From assembly GCA_028345065.1 (NCBI GenBank), contig JAOMCN010000006.1, positions 9,941 to 73,940 of the forward strand: 64,000 bases of DNA. The letters are read 5' to 3'. Shown piece by piece: positions 37,051-47,028 of the stretch. The stretch's first letter is position 1. Every line of letters begins with the position of its first letter. A program made the translations under genes and the position numbers. Source of the stretch: Rhodospirillales bacterium. Its GTDB lineage: Bacteria; Pseudomonadota; Alphaproteobacteria; Rhodospirillales; UBA2165. The notes below the pieces were generated by a model. That model searched no databases. It saw only the letters and a list, made by a program, of their open reading frames with translations, and was not told the origin of the DNA.

Positions 37051-38232
37051 GTGAGACAATCGAGACTTCCAACCGGCGGATTGAACGTCCTACAGACAAT
37101 TAGGCAAAAGCGGGTGGCACTAGAATCACTAGGTCGTAAGCTGCTTGACCTCTCCATCGGGGAACCAAAGGGTCCAGCTCTATTTAGTGCCAGACATGCT
37201 GCCAGTAGTGCCGTGATGAGCGATGATGAAGTTATGCACGCCTATCAATATAATGGAAGTCCAGCGGTACCAAAATTTTCAGAGAAATTTATCGCGGCCC
37301 ATGTAAAACGGCCTCTGCCGGAGGAAGATGTTGATTACCTTCCGATTTCGGGGATCAAACCGATCCTCGGCCTACTTCCACTATCATGTGGTTGTTCTAC
37401 CCAAAAGTTGACAGTCGCGACGACCACAAATCCTGGTTATCCAATTCCCGCAGATTGGTGTGCAATGCATCCCCTAGTTAACCACTACGCGCTTCCATTA
37501 ACGATTCAAAATAAATTCCGTTTTTCAAAGGAGAATATAGAACCGTCTACCGATCTCATTCTATTGAATTATCCCCACAATCCTTCCGGACAAGTTGCAA
37601 CAAAGCCATGGCTGAGAGAGCTTTGTGAGTATAGTGAAGCACATGATATTCGCCTCTTTAACGATGCAGCATATTTTGCACTGAGCCACACCGAAGAAAG
37701 CACTGCGTTAGCAGACGTGGCAAATGACTACCCTGCTCTCTCCTGGTCAGAAGCCTTCACCGCTGCCAAATTAATCGGTAATGGGACCGGTTGGCATGTA
37801 GGCGCCATGGTAGGTTCACCCGATTTTATAGCAGATATCAAAGAAATTAAGGGCAAAACCGATACCGGTTTCGTCCCCCCCATGGCAGTGGGAGCTCTCG
37901 AAGCTTTACAAAGAGATGCCCTAGGTATCTCTCAAGTTAAAGACAAATACCAAGAGCGTCTCAACCTTTTGGTCAATCTACTAAGTCGTTGCGGAATGCG
38001 ATCCGCATTGAAGCCGGCTGCTGGTTTTTTTTCTCTTTGGGAAGCACCCACAGAAGCCTTTGGTGAAAGAATAGAGAGCGCCGAAGAATTCAATTTCAAA
38101 ATGATTGACGAGGTTGGTGTTGCCGGGGTTCATTTCCCTGGCTTTCTTCGTTACGCAGTTTGTGCCGACATTACTGCTATGATGCCAGATCTAGAAACGG
38201 CCTTCCGGCAAGCAGACGTAAAATACAGATAA
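37051..38232 (+). CDS. Class I/II PLP aminotransferase
   Basis: LLDLSIGEPKGP...LILLNYPHNPSGQV...FNDAAY...AFTAAKLIGNGTGWHVGAM. GTG start. Confidence 0.75.
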   Translation: MRQSRLPTGGLNVLQTIRQKRVALESLGRKLLDLSIGEPKGPALFSARHAASSAVMSDDEVMHAYQYNGSPAVPKFSEKFIAAHVKRPLPEEDVDYLPISGIKPILGLLPLSCGCSTQKLTVATTTNPGYPIPADWCAMHPLVNHYALPLTIQNKFRFSKENIEPSTDLILLNYPHNPSGQVATKPWLRELCEYSEAHDIRLFNDAAYFALSHTEESTALADVANDYPALSWSEAFTAAKLIGNGTGWHVGAMVGSPDFIADIKEIKGKTDTGFVPPMAVGALEALQRDALGISQVKDKYQERLNLLVNLLSRCGMRSALKPAAGFFSLWEAPTEAFGERIESAEEFNFKMIDEVGVAGVHFPGFLRYAVCADITAMMPDLETAFRQADVKYR

Positions 38233-38272
38233 AAGTCGGTAAAGGTGGTACCAGTCAACTTTCTAAAATTTA

Positions 38273-39517
38273 TTACGATACAGTCACAGGAAGAAGAGCT
38301 AATCCCCTAAACCGGGCTCTTCCATGAAAACGTTTTTTGCCATTTGGGCGCAAATTTGGAAACCGTTTAACAAATTTTCCTATTGCGGTATGGCCTTCTA
38401 TTCGGCCAAGCGTGTTCCCCATACAAATATGCCTACCCATACCAAAAGCTATTTGAGGATTTGGCTTGCGACCGATATTCACGGTTTCAGGATCTTCGAA
38501 AATCTCGGGATCGCGATTTGCCGCACCAACACACGTGTGTATGAATGAACCGGCGGGGATTGTTTTCCGATTATCTTCTGGCCCAAATACTACGTCCGCC
38601 GTTGCCTTTCTGTTTCCAATCTGAAGAGGGCTTTGAAAGCGGAGAAACTCCTCAACCGCCGTCTTGATAAGGTCAGGGTTCTCCCGCAAGCGTTGAAGTT
38701 GATCCGGAAATTCAAGTAAAGTACCAATACCGTTACTAACGAGGCTTGCAGTCGTTTCATGCCCGGCGTTTAATAGGAATATACAATTTTGCACCAACTC
38801 AACCGGACTAAGTTTGCGACCATCTACTTCCCCAAAAATTAGAGAGACTAAAACCTCACCCATTTCTGCACCATGGGGAGTTTCTCGACGTTTAGCGATC
38901 AATTCTTCCAATAACTCCCCAAATTCAATTACAGCCTCATGCCCAGCCTTAAGCTTTTCGGGAGAAACAATTGGATCAAGTGCACCAAGAATTAAAGTCG
39001 AATAGTGATGCATCTTGCTCCGATACTGCTCCGGAACGCCAAGCATGTCTGCAATGATTTCGGTGGGCAGAGCCAAACCATAGTCATGAACTACATCAAA
39101 TTCCTTTAACTCTTTAAGACGATCAAGTAATCGCTCAACAATACCCTCTATAACCGGGTCGAGCTCATCCATTTTTCTTGGTGTAAACGCTTCCGACATA
39201 AGCTTACGAACGCGAGCGTGGTACGGGTCGTCATTAAACACCAAGCTAGTCGTGTGATGCAGATATAAAGGCCCATTGCCGAATTTTGGCTTGAAGTCTA
39301 CCCGCTTATCCGAGCTCATTGCCGGATCTCTAAATGCCTTAACGACATCCTCATACCGTGTCAGAAAATAGGTGCCGTCAGGATTTAGATGCACGGGATC
39401 ATGTTCCCTCAATAATTTATACGTCGGAAACGGATCGTCGAGAAATTCCTGGTCAATACTCTGAATATCAAACGCCAGGGCCTGTTCGTGATCCGATGGA
39501 GGTACACTCATTTTCAT
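38273..39517 (-). CDS. Cytochrome P450 monooxygenase
   Basis: LLNAGHETTA (I-helix), EEFLRF (ExxR), FGMGRHICMGNTLG (heme Cys ligand loop). Confidence 0.9.
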   Translation of the reverse strand: MKMSVPPSDHEQALAFDIQSIDQEFLDDPFPTYKLLREHDPVHLNPDGTYFLTRYEDVVKAFRDPAMSSDKRVDFKPKFGNGPLYLHHTTSLVFNDDPYHARVRKLMSEAFTPRKMDELDPVIEGIVERLLDRLKELKEFDVVHDYGLALPTEIIADMLGVPEQYRSKMHHYSTLILGALDPIVSPEKLKAGHEAVIEFGELLEELIAKRRETPHGAEMGEVLVSLIFGEVDGRKLSPVELVQNCIFLLNAGHETTASLVSNGIGTLLEFPDQLQRLRENPDLIKTAVEEFLRFQSPLQIGNRKATADVVFGPEDNRKTIPAGSFIHTCVGAANRDPEIFEDPETVNIGRKPNPQIAFGMGRHICMGNTLGRIEGHTAIGKFVKRFPNLRPNGKKRFHGRARFRGLALLPVTVS

Positions 39518-39575
39518 AACCGATAATGGATATTGAAATACTTACTTTAAAACCTTAACCAAACGATATCTTTAA

Positions 39576-42500
39576 TTACTTCGCGGGTTCTAATTCTCTC
39601 ATTCTTTCCCCTTTATTGTTCTTTGCATTTTCTGAATTCTTTACCAATTCAGCTTCACCAGTCCACAATTCCACCTGAACAAGCGCAGCACTACTACCCA
39701 TGGAGTGAGCTTGTTTGATCTGGCTGCGCTTCGGCGTTAGCTGGTTGAGACAGCCCCCCCGGTCAACTGAATTTCCGGGCTCACCGATAGGCTCATAGGT
39801 TGCACATGATTCATAGCCATGCACCAAGCCACGACACAATCTTTCGGTTGGAAATGCCGCACAAATAACGGCACCGCGGCCATTATAAACTTTAACCAAA
39901 TCTCTCATTTTTATATTACGATCAACCGCATCTTCGGCATTTATTCTAAGTGTCCAGTAATAGTGACCATCAACCATCATTCGATGATCAACGATGTCAT
40001 TAATAAATGCATCTTTACCGTCACCCTGACTATGGTAGCTAAACCGCGCGTGCGGTGTAATCATTTGCAGTGGGTATTTTTTTGTAAGCTCAGTCGCCCC
40101 GGGACCTTCCCATGAGGGGGTATATTTAACTATAGGGGGACGTTCTGGGTCATTGGCGTCAAATCGTTTTAAGCTATTACATTCGAATTCAATCTTTCCA
40201 GACTGCGTCTGCAGACCTTTAAGAAATTCTTCGGTATAATCTGCAGGTAAGGGGTGAGGTTCAGGCACATCTTTTTTGCGGCCTTCGGCAAACCACCTAA
40301 AAGATACAGGCTGTCTAAGCTCCTCTCTTAAAGGAGGAACAACAAAGTAACCTTTACGGATAAACTTATTCCAAGAAATATGTTTTGGTAAATCAGAAGC
40401 ATTAAATTGTCGTTTTACCCAATCTAACTCGCTCATACCTTCAGAAAACAATAGACCCAAACCTAACCTTTGAGCTAATTCTAAAAATATCTGATAGTCC
40501 GATTTCGACTCCCCTAAGGGTTCAATGCATTTGTGCTGAAAGACGATAACTCGGTGATTTAGCTGGTTTTGACCGTGATGAGTATACCCCCCTATGCCGG
40601 CCCACTCACTTATGTCCGGACGCTCCAGATTAGTACACGCTGGCAATATTATATCCGCAAATTTTGCATCACCTTCGAACCAGATTGATTGATTGACGAC
40701 AAATTCTAAATTGTCCGTTCGATACATTTTTACGTAACGATTTGTGTCACTCATAGTACCAAACATCGAGCCACCGTATTTATAGAGCATCTTTACTGGT
40801 GCATGACCCCGTTTTGGATATACAATTTTGTTAAACTGCCCTTCGATGGTTTTCCCGTCCCAGGCATATCCTTCAGCCTTACCCTCAAGAATTGCCTCAG
40901 GGAGTTGAAGACGCGGAATTTTCTGCGAACTGGTGTTCACGGTAGGTAATTGTGGCATGCGTTGATAAAGAGCCACCGACAATGCCGTCCCTTGAAGATC
41001 CCCAGACATCCCGCCGTCCGCATATCCCGGAAAATAGAAGTTGAGATCTATCGGTGTGGCCCGCTGTAGATTACCGAGGTTTATTCCCGGCTTACCAATA
41101 CCTTGCATAGCCATCAAACAGATCATCGTCCGAGCCCATTGGATGCCAGTAGAATTACGACACGCACCCCCATACCCATTTCCAGCTCCACCGGCCGATA
41201 AATATACTTTTTTTCTTCCCCATTCACGTGCTAATGCTCTAACATCTTTAGCTGGCACACCAGTCTCTACTTCTTGCCAATCAGGGGTTTTAGGGATCCC
41301 ATCCTCTACTCCCAGAATATAGTCTTTCCAGACCTCGAAGCCGACCGTTCGATCAGAGACATAATCCTTGTCATAGAGGTTCTCAGTGATCCAAACATAA
41401 GCGATAGACAGTGCTAAAGCCGGGTCAGTTGTGGGTTTCGGAGCCAACCACTTTCCACCCAACATTTGCGCAGTATCGTTATAATGTGGATCAATATGGA
41501 CAAACTTAATATCAAGTTGTTTAAGCCATTGGCGACGGATTGATCCCTCTTGTGACGCATAATTACCGCTTGTTGATTCCGGGTTAGAAGACCAAAAAAC
41601 TACCATTTCACAGTGTTTTAGAAGATCCTCGACTGTTCCGTAATTCTCTGACATACCAACCCTCATGGAATGCCCCCAATGGTGTAATCCACCCCAATAC
41701 CAACCCTCCCAACTGTCGGGATTATGGTGTACTTCGGTGTGGCCAATCAAATTCATAAAACGGAAGTTTGCCGAGAGGTAATAACCGATATTACCCCAAG
41801 TATGATGGGAACCATGGCTTGAAGCGATAGCCCCTGTCCCATAGTCACGCTTTGTGCGCTGTATTTCTCCAGAGACAATATCGAGTGCCTCATCCCAACT
41901 AATTCGTTCATAATCAGAAATGCCGCGATTGTTGCAATTGCGTTTTCCATTGGGGTCAAAATCAACTCGCTTCATCGGATATAAAATACGATCAGGTGAA
42001 TAGATTGCTGATTTCCAGTTCTGACCATGCGGCGATAGTGTTGTTTTTCTGGGTGGCGTAAATTTTTTCCCGCGGGCTTTGACAGTCCAAGTACCTGGAT
42101 CGTCGTCATCAAATTCTATGGTTGTAGTACGAACGATTTTTCCATTTTTTACGTAAACGAAAATTGGCCCCCCATTGGTCATGCTCGTATAACGCTTCGA
42201 GCCGTCCGGTGCCAAAACGCCATATTTCCAATGAAGGTTTTGTGTCAGCATTATTGTTTGAGCAAACCAGTAGGTAAGTTCATCAGGGCCTGTCATTGTC
42301 AGATTAAATTCTTTTTGAGCATCAATTTGATTTTGATAGTCAACCGGCGGCATCAGTAGTTGAGCTGCAATTTCAGCAGATTTGAATGACATACAAATTT
42401 CTGGTGACTGATGAATAACTGCTTGGGAAGAAACTTTACCGTCATGAAATGAAAAAAAACGGCCGGAGGAATCGTCAGCAATTTTGATCTGAGCAACAAA

Positions 42501-42596
42501 ATTTTTCTCTTTGAGGCGCGCTCTAAAAACAGGATTTCGCCAAGCCGTATACCTCAACAGCCAACTCAACCCCAAGAGAATTAACGAAAATTTCAT
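39576..42596 (-). CDS. DMSO-reductase-family molybdoenzyme resembling the large subunit of pyrogallol-phloroglucinol transhydroxylase (AthL-like), with an extra N-terminal domain of about 130 aa
   Basis: From [17 protein letters not shown] onward the protein tracks my memory of AthL: ...KFTPPRKT...[12 protein letters not shown]...[15 protein letters not shown]...[11 protein letters not shown]...[12 protein letters not shown]...VVFWSSNPE...[13 protein letters not shown]...DRGGCLN. The N-terminus is [19 protein letters not shown] plus an SCP2-like segment. Confidence 0.75.
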   Translation of the reverse strand: MKFSLILLGLSWLLRYTAWRNPVFRARLKEKNFVAQIKIADDSSGRFFSFHDGKVSSQAVIHQSPEICMSFKSAEIAAQLLMPPVDYQNQIDAQKEFNLTMTGPDELTYWFAQTIMLTQNLHWKYGVLAPDGSKRYTSMTNGGPIFVYVKNGKIVRTTTIEFDDDDPGTWTVKARGKKFTPPRKTTLSPHGQNWKSAIYSPDRILYPMKRVDFDPNGKRNCNNRGISDYERISWDEALDIVSGEIQRTKRDYGTGAIASSHGSHHTWGNIGYYLSANFRFMNLIGHTEVHHNPDSWEGWYWGGLHHWGHSMRVGMSENYGTVEDLLKHCEMVVFWSSNPESTSGNYASQEGSIRRQWLKQLDIKFVHIDPHYNDTAQMLGGKWLAPKPTTDPALALSIAYVWITENLYDKDYVSDRTVGFEVWKDYILGVEDGIPKTPDWQEVETGVPAKDVRALAREWGRKKVYLSAGGAGNGYGGACRNSTGIQWARTMICLMAMQGIGKPGINLGNLQRATPIDLNFYFPGYADGGMSGDLQGTALSVALYQRMPQLPTVNTSSQKIPRLQLPEAILEGKAEGYAWDGKTIEGQFNKIVYPKRGHAPVKMLYKYGGSMFGTMSDTNRYVKMYRTDNLEFVVNQSIWFEGDAKFADIILPACTNLERPDISEWAGIGGYTHHGQNQLNHRVIVFQHKCIEPLGESKSDYQIFLELAQRLGLGLLFSEGMSELDWVKRQFNASDLPKHISWNKFIRKGYFVVPPLREELRQPVSFRWFAEGRKKDVPEPHPLPADYTEEFLKGLQTQSGKIEFECNSLKRFDANDPERPPIVKYTPSWEGPGATELTKKYPLQMITPHARFSYHSQGDGKDAFINDIVDHRMMVDGHYYWTLRINAEDAVDRNIKMRDLVKVYNGRGAVICAAFPTERLCRGLVHGYESCATYEPIGEPGNSVDRGGCLNQLTPKRSQIKQAHSMGSSAALVQVELWTGEAELVKNSENAKNNKGERMRELEPAK

Positions 42597-42611
42597 ATGA
42601 CGCCTAATTTC

Positions 42612-43916
42612 TTATGCCGCCGGGACAATAACGGATCGGCATTCACCGAAGCCGATACGAGCCTTACCATCACCATCGCACCACGCCCGCATGACAACCT
42701 CATCACCATCCTCAAGGAAGGTCCTCTCTTCATCACCCGGAAATAAGATGGTTTCCTTACCTCCTTTACAGGCTTCAAGAATACTGCCGTATGTATCTGG
42801 TGTTGTCCCTGAGATGGTGCCGCTTCCATAAAGGTCACCCGGATTGAGATCACATCCATTGCTGGAATGGTGTGCCAACATTTGAAAGACACTCCAATAC
42901 ATGCCCTTAAAGTTTGGAGCGCCAATGACATGAGGCAAATCACCATTTTTCCTCATTTTGTCAGTAAGAACCGCAACTTGAATGTTTATATCGAGCCCGC
43001 CGGAACCTTCGTGGGACTTGGTGTGGAGATATGGTAATGGTGCCGGATCACCTTTTGGGCGTTTAAATATTGCTGATCTGTAGGGCGCCAAGGCTTCCAA
43101 AGTTACAATCCATGGAGAAATGGTTGAAGAAAAATTTTTAGCCATAAATGGACCCAGAGGTTGGTATTCCCAAGTCTGGATATCTCTCGCTGACCAATCA
43201 TTCAGTATACAAAGACCGAAAACGTGATCTTCCGCTTCTTCCAACGGAATAGCGGAACCAAGCATGTTCCCCGGACCTACAAATACCCCCAATTCTGTCT
43301 CATAATCCAGTCTTCGACAGGCATCAAAATTTGGTGTTTCAGCATCAGGGCCTTTTAACTGGCCTGCTGGCCGTTTAGTCGGCGTACCACTGACACGGAT
43401 AGAGGATGAACGTCCGTGATAGGCAATAGGTACATACTTGTAATTCGGCAACAATGGATTATCAGGTCTAAACATCCGCCCTACGTTCGTTGCATGGTTT
43501 ATGGAAGAATAAAAATCTGTAAAATCCCCAATTCGGGCCGGTACTGTCATTTCGGCGTCGGCCATAGGTACTAAACATGTACGACCCTCTTTTTCATTAC
43601 CTCCTGACCTCAACAGTTTGGAAAGTTGATCGCGCAAACTGACCCAATGCTCGCGACCCAATCCCATTAATGTATTTAGAGTTGATTCCTTACATGCCGC
43701 CGCCGCGTCACCCTTTAAATATCCGGCATCAAATGCCTTACCAACGTCCAGTATTTGGTTCCCGATCGCGACCCCGCCACGGTACTCTCCACTTGAACCT
43801 GCGTTACGAAAAACCCCCATGGGTAAATTTTGGATAGGAAAGTCACTGCCAATTTCGTTTGCCGAAGGTACCCAACTAGTGAGTTTAGGATCATGCGTAT
43901 CATTAAGTGAGGTCAT
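42612..43916 (-). CDS. fahA: Fumarylacetoacetase
   Basis: SWVPSANEIGSDFPIQNLPMGVF...IGDFTDFYSS...YHGRSSSI...ETELGVFVG; 434 aa. Confidence 0.9.
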   Translation of the reverse strand: MTSLNDTHDPKLTSWVPSANEIGSDFPIQNLPMGVFRNAGSSGEYRGGVAIGNQILDVGKAFDAGYLKGDAAAACKESTLNTLMGLGREHWVSLRDQLSKLLRSGGNEKEGRTCLVPMADAEMTVPARIGDFTDFYSSINHATNVGRMFRPDNPLLPNYKYVPIAYHGRSSSIRVSGTPTKRPAGQLKGPDAETPNFDACRRLDYETELGVFVGPGNMLGSAIPLEEAEDHVFGLCILNDWSARDIQTWEYQPLGPFMAKNFSSTISPWIVTLEALAPYRSAIFKRPKGDPAPLPYLHTKSHEGSGGLDINIQVAVLTDKMRKNGDLPHVIGAPNFKGMYWSVFQMLAHHSSNGCDLNPGDLYGSGTISGTTPDTYGSILEACKGGKETILFPGDEERTFLEDGDEVVMRAWCDGDGKARIGFGECRSVIVPAA

Positions 43917-45224
43917 TTATAAATTTCCATTGAAGTGTTTTTTAAGTCCTTGCCAGCACTCAGAATAATCACTTTGAAGTGCCGGAGTTTCTAAAGCAAA
44001 TTTTGTCGGCCTGTAGAGATATCTTGTCTCAAACATGAAAGCCATCGAACCGTCGAGATATATTGGTTCCTGCTCAGCTTGACTAGCCGCTTCAAAAACG
44101 TCGGCGTCATTGCCATGAGGCGACATACAATTGTGGAGACTGCTACCACCAGGAACAAAGCCTTCCTTACGACCGTCATACTGACCCTTTATAAGCCCCA
44201 TATACTCGCTCATGATATTCCGATGATACCATGGTGGCCGGTAAGTATCTTTAGCCACGACCCATCGAGGTGGAAATATTACAAAGTCTACATTGGCAAC
44301 CCCCTCGGTATCACTTGGTGAAGTCAACACTGTGTAAATACTTGGGTCAATATGATCAAAGCTCACGGTACTAATTACGTTGAAATTGGCTAAGTCATAT
44401 TTATAGGGCGTATAATTGCCATGCCATGCGACAACGTCCAACGGCGAATGTCCAATATCAGCGTCCCACAGGTTCCCGCCAAACTTTGTAGTCAGTTTGA
44501 ATTGCCCTTCTCGTTCCTCGAAGCTCGCGACAGGCGCAAGAAAATCTCTAGGATTAGCTAAACCATTAGAACCAATAGTCCCCAAATTGGGTAGACGCAT
44601 AGGGACACCATAATTTTCCAGTACATATCCTCGCGAAGACCCGTCCGGTAATTCGGCACGATATTTGACGCCACGTGGTATTACAGCAATTTCATTAGGT
44701 CCAATTTCAACTATACCCATCTCTGTCAGCAATTTTATTCGACCTTGCTGCGGTACAAAAAGCATCTCCCCATCTGCATTGTAAAAATAGCGGTTATCCA
44801 TAGATGAATTGGCAGTATAAATGTGGACGGCCAAGCCACTTATACCAACCTCACCAGCCCCCATAAGCGTCACCAGGCCTTCAATGAGGTCTGTAGGTTT
44901 TGTCGGAATAGGCAGTGGATCCCATCGCATTTGATTAGGGGTCGCCGGCATCTCGTCGAATGGTGCACTCCTCAGCAGACCATTAGAAACCTGCTGGAAT
45001 GGTAGATGTTTGACAGATGGACGCATTCGGTAGAACCAAGTTCTCAGATTTTGATCCCGGGGTGCCGTAAACGCGGTACCACTCAAGTGCTCCGCATAGA
45101 GGCCATAAGCAACCTTTTGCGGCGAGTTTTGTCCTTTAGGAAGGGCGCCAGGTAGAGCCTCGCTCGCAAATTCGTTTCCAAATCCGCTTTGGTAATCAGC
45201 CGTGACCAACAGGGTCGCATCCAT
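43917..45224 (-). CDS. hmgA: Homogentisate 1,2-dioxygenase
   Basis: [46 protein letters not shown]...[14 protein letters not shown]...HNCMSPHG. Its stop abuts the fahA start. Confidence 0.92.
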   Translation of the reverse strand: MDATLLVTADYQSGFGNEFASEALPGALPKGQNSPQKVAYGLYAEHLSGTAFTAPRDQNLRTWFYRMRPSVKHLPFQQVSNGLLRSAPFDEMPATPNQMRWDPLPIPTKPTDLIEGLVTLMGAGEVGISGLAVHIYTANSSMDNRYFYNADGEMLFVPQQGRIKLLTEMGIVEIGPNEIAVIPRGVKYRAELPDGSSRGYVLENYGVPMRLPNLGTIGSNGLANPRDFLAPVASFEEREGQFKLTTKFGGNLWDADIGHSPLDVVAWHGNYTPYKYDLANFNVISTVSFDHIDPSIYTVLTSPSDTEGVANVDFVIFPPRWVVAKDTYRPPWYHRNIMSEYMGLIKGQYDGRKEGFVPGGSSLHNCMSPHGNDADVFEAASQAEQEPIYLDGSMAFMFETRYLYRPTKFALETPALQSDYSECWQGLKKHFNGNL

Positions 45225-45256
45225 GATTTCACCCTCCCATACTGAGCTAAAAAAAT

Positions 45257-45278
45257 AATAGTTTCATTTGTAACTATT
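45257..45278. promoter_or_regulatory. Inverted repeat AATAGTT-N8-AACTATT in the 72-bp hmgA / marR divergent spacer (candidate MarR operator)
   Basis: Read directly from aatagtttcatttgtaactatt. MarR-family operators are typically palindromes of this size in their own divergent promoters. Confidence 0.35.
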
Positions 45279-45296
45279 TACAATTATTATTTTCCC

Positions 45297-45758
45297 ATGA
45301 CCAAAATTTCGTCACCCGAAGAGAATACTTTACTGCTGCACGATTTTCTCCCATATCGTCTCGCCGTGCTCGCCAAAGTCGTAGGTATATCCCTATCAAA
45401 AATTTACAGGAAAAAATTTGGCATCACCAATCAGCAGTGGCGTGTAATATTTGCTCTCGCTCGCCAAGCCAATTGTTCAGCATCTCACATTGTTCATCAC
45501 GCCGCCCTCGACAAGGTACAAGTCAGCAGAGCAGTAGCTGGCCTGATTGAGAAGAAATTGCTTGAACGCAGTGCAGACAATATCGACCGAAGAAACTCAA
45601 TACTCAATTTGACAATCGAGGGATGGAAAGTCTACGACCAGATTGCGCCTGAAGCTGTGGCTTTCGAAGCCAGCCTTAAAGGTTCCTTAGATGAACGGGA
45701 AGTTGCAGAACTTGATACGCTCTTATCAAAGCTAATGGACAAGGCTACAAATCTTTAG
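45297..45758 (+). CDS. MarR family transcriptional regulator
   Basis: 153 aa with a winged-HTH pattern: ITNQQWRVIFALAR..NCSASHIVHHAALDKVQVSRAVAGLIEKKLLER..D..DRR. Confidence 0.85.
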   Translation: MTKISSPEENTLLLHDFLPYRLAVLAKVVGISLSKIYRKKFGITNQQWRVIFALARQANCSASHIVHHAALDKVQVSRAVAGLIEKKLLERSADNIDRRNSILNLTIEGWKVYDQIAPEAVAFEASLKGSLDEREVAELDTLLSKLMDKATNL

Positions 45759-45764
45759 CCATGC

Positions 45765-46664
45765 TTAGACTATCAATAAGACCATAATACCGCCAACAAT
45801 GAGGACAGTACCTAAAATTTCATACGAGGTTATTTTTTCTCTAAAGATCAACGTCGAAGTCAAAAAGGTAAAAATCAACTCAACCTGTCCCACGGCCCTG
45901 ACGTAAGCAGCATTTTGTAATGTCATGGCTGTGAACCAGCCCACTGAACCTAACATGCTAGCTAAACCCACAAGGGCGCCTTTGCCTTTATTTTGCCAAA
46001 CCTTCGTCAACTCACCTTTCTCACAATAATAAAGATAGGCCGTCAACACCACGGTTTGGATGATGAGCGCCGCCAATAATGTTGCCGAAGCGGCCAAAAG
46101 GGCACTTTCGCCACCAAGCGAGAGAGAGGCTCCCCGATAGGAGACGGCAGAAATACCCAAAAACACACCATTGGCTAGGCCCATCAGGGCCCCCTTATTA
46201 GTCCAGGACAATAGAAACTCACGTGGGTTAACAGTCATTTTAGCAAGTGACAGAAAACACACCCCGATGAAACTGATAAGAATAGCAACGAAAGTGATAC
46301 CCGTTACTGCTTCTCCCAGTATAAGTATTGTGAATATGGCGGTTTGGAAGGTTTCTGTTTTTGAGTATGCAGTTCCAACAGCAAAACTTTTTAAGGCAAA
46401 GGAACGTAATAAAAACCACATCGCCAACACTTGCGCGACACCTCCCAAGGCAGCATAACCTACAAATACAATTCCCCAATCCAGGGGTTGAGTGTCATAT
46501 GAGCGAAGTAAAATCCAGTAGAGAGCTGCTAGTGGGAGCCCAAATACGAAGCGTGTATAGGCAGCACCAGATGTCGATAAGACACTGTTAATCGACTTCT
46601 GAAGAGAATTTCGCAGGTTCTGCAAGAAGGCAGCAGCGAGGGAGAATAGAAGCCATGCTTCCAC
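45765..46664 (-). CDS. DMT superfamily (EamA-like) membrane transporter
   Basis: 299 aa, about 10 hydrophobic helices, two-fold internal pattern. Confidence 0.6.
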   Translation of the reverse strand: MEAWLLFSLAAAFLQNLRNSLQKSINSVLSTSGAAYTRFVFGLPLAALYWILLRSYDTQPLDWGIVFVGYAALGGVAQVLAMWFLLRSFALKSFAVGTAYSKTETFQTAIFTILILGEAVTGITFVAILISFIGVCFLSLAKMTVNPREFLLSWTNKGALMGLANGVFLGISAVSYRGASLSLGGESALLAASATLLAALIIQTVVLTAYLYYCEKGELTKVWQNKGKGALVGLASMLGSVGWFTAMTLQNAAYVRAVGQVELIFTFLTSTLIFREKITSYEILGTVLIVGGIMVLLIV

Positions 46665-47028
46665 GATTATGTTATCCTAGTGAGGTTATCAGAAAAACAA
46701 ATTATTACGACGGATCAAAGCCCATTCCATCTTGGGGGTAATTGTATCGAGAGGGTATCCCAAATTTTTCAAAACTGAGTCGACGCCCTAGAAAGCAAAG
46801 AACCGATGTAAAGCGATAACAATTTGAACAACCCCATAAGCAATCATGCCAAAGAGTAAAGCGTAAAGAAAAACTCGCATGTGGATTTTAATTCGTGCCA
46901 TATAGACATCATATTACCTTCCTTGACAAATTGAAATTGATGCGAGAGAGATCGGATTGGTGTTAGTAAATTCCTGTCAAAGGACATCCACACTTAATTC
47001 TATAATCTTTTGGGAGTAAAACTTTACT

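Noticed and set aside
46793-46901. 36-codon hydrophobic ORF (MARIKIHMRVFLYALLFGMIAYGVVQIVIALHRFFAF) on the minus strand between the two DMT transporter genes.
   Set aside because: The only Shine-Dalgarno-like element (GGAAGG) is about 14 nt from the ATG, and the nearer ATGs are in another frame. I recognise no homology, and it may be a chance ORF in AT-rich DNA.
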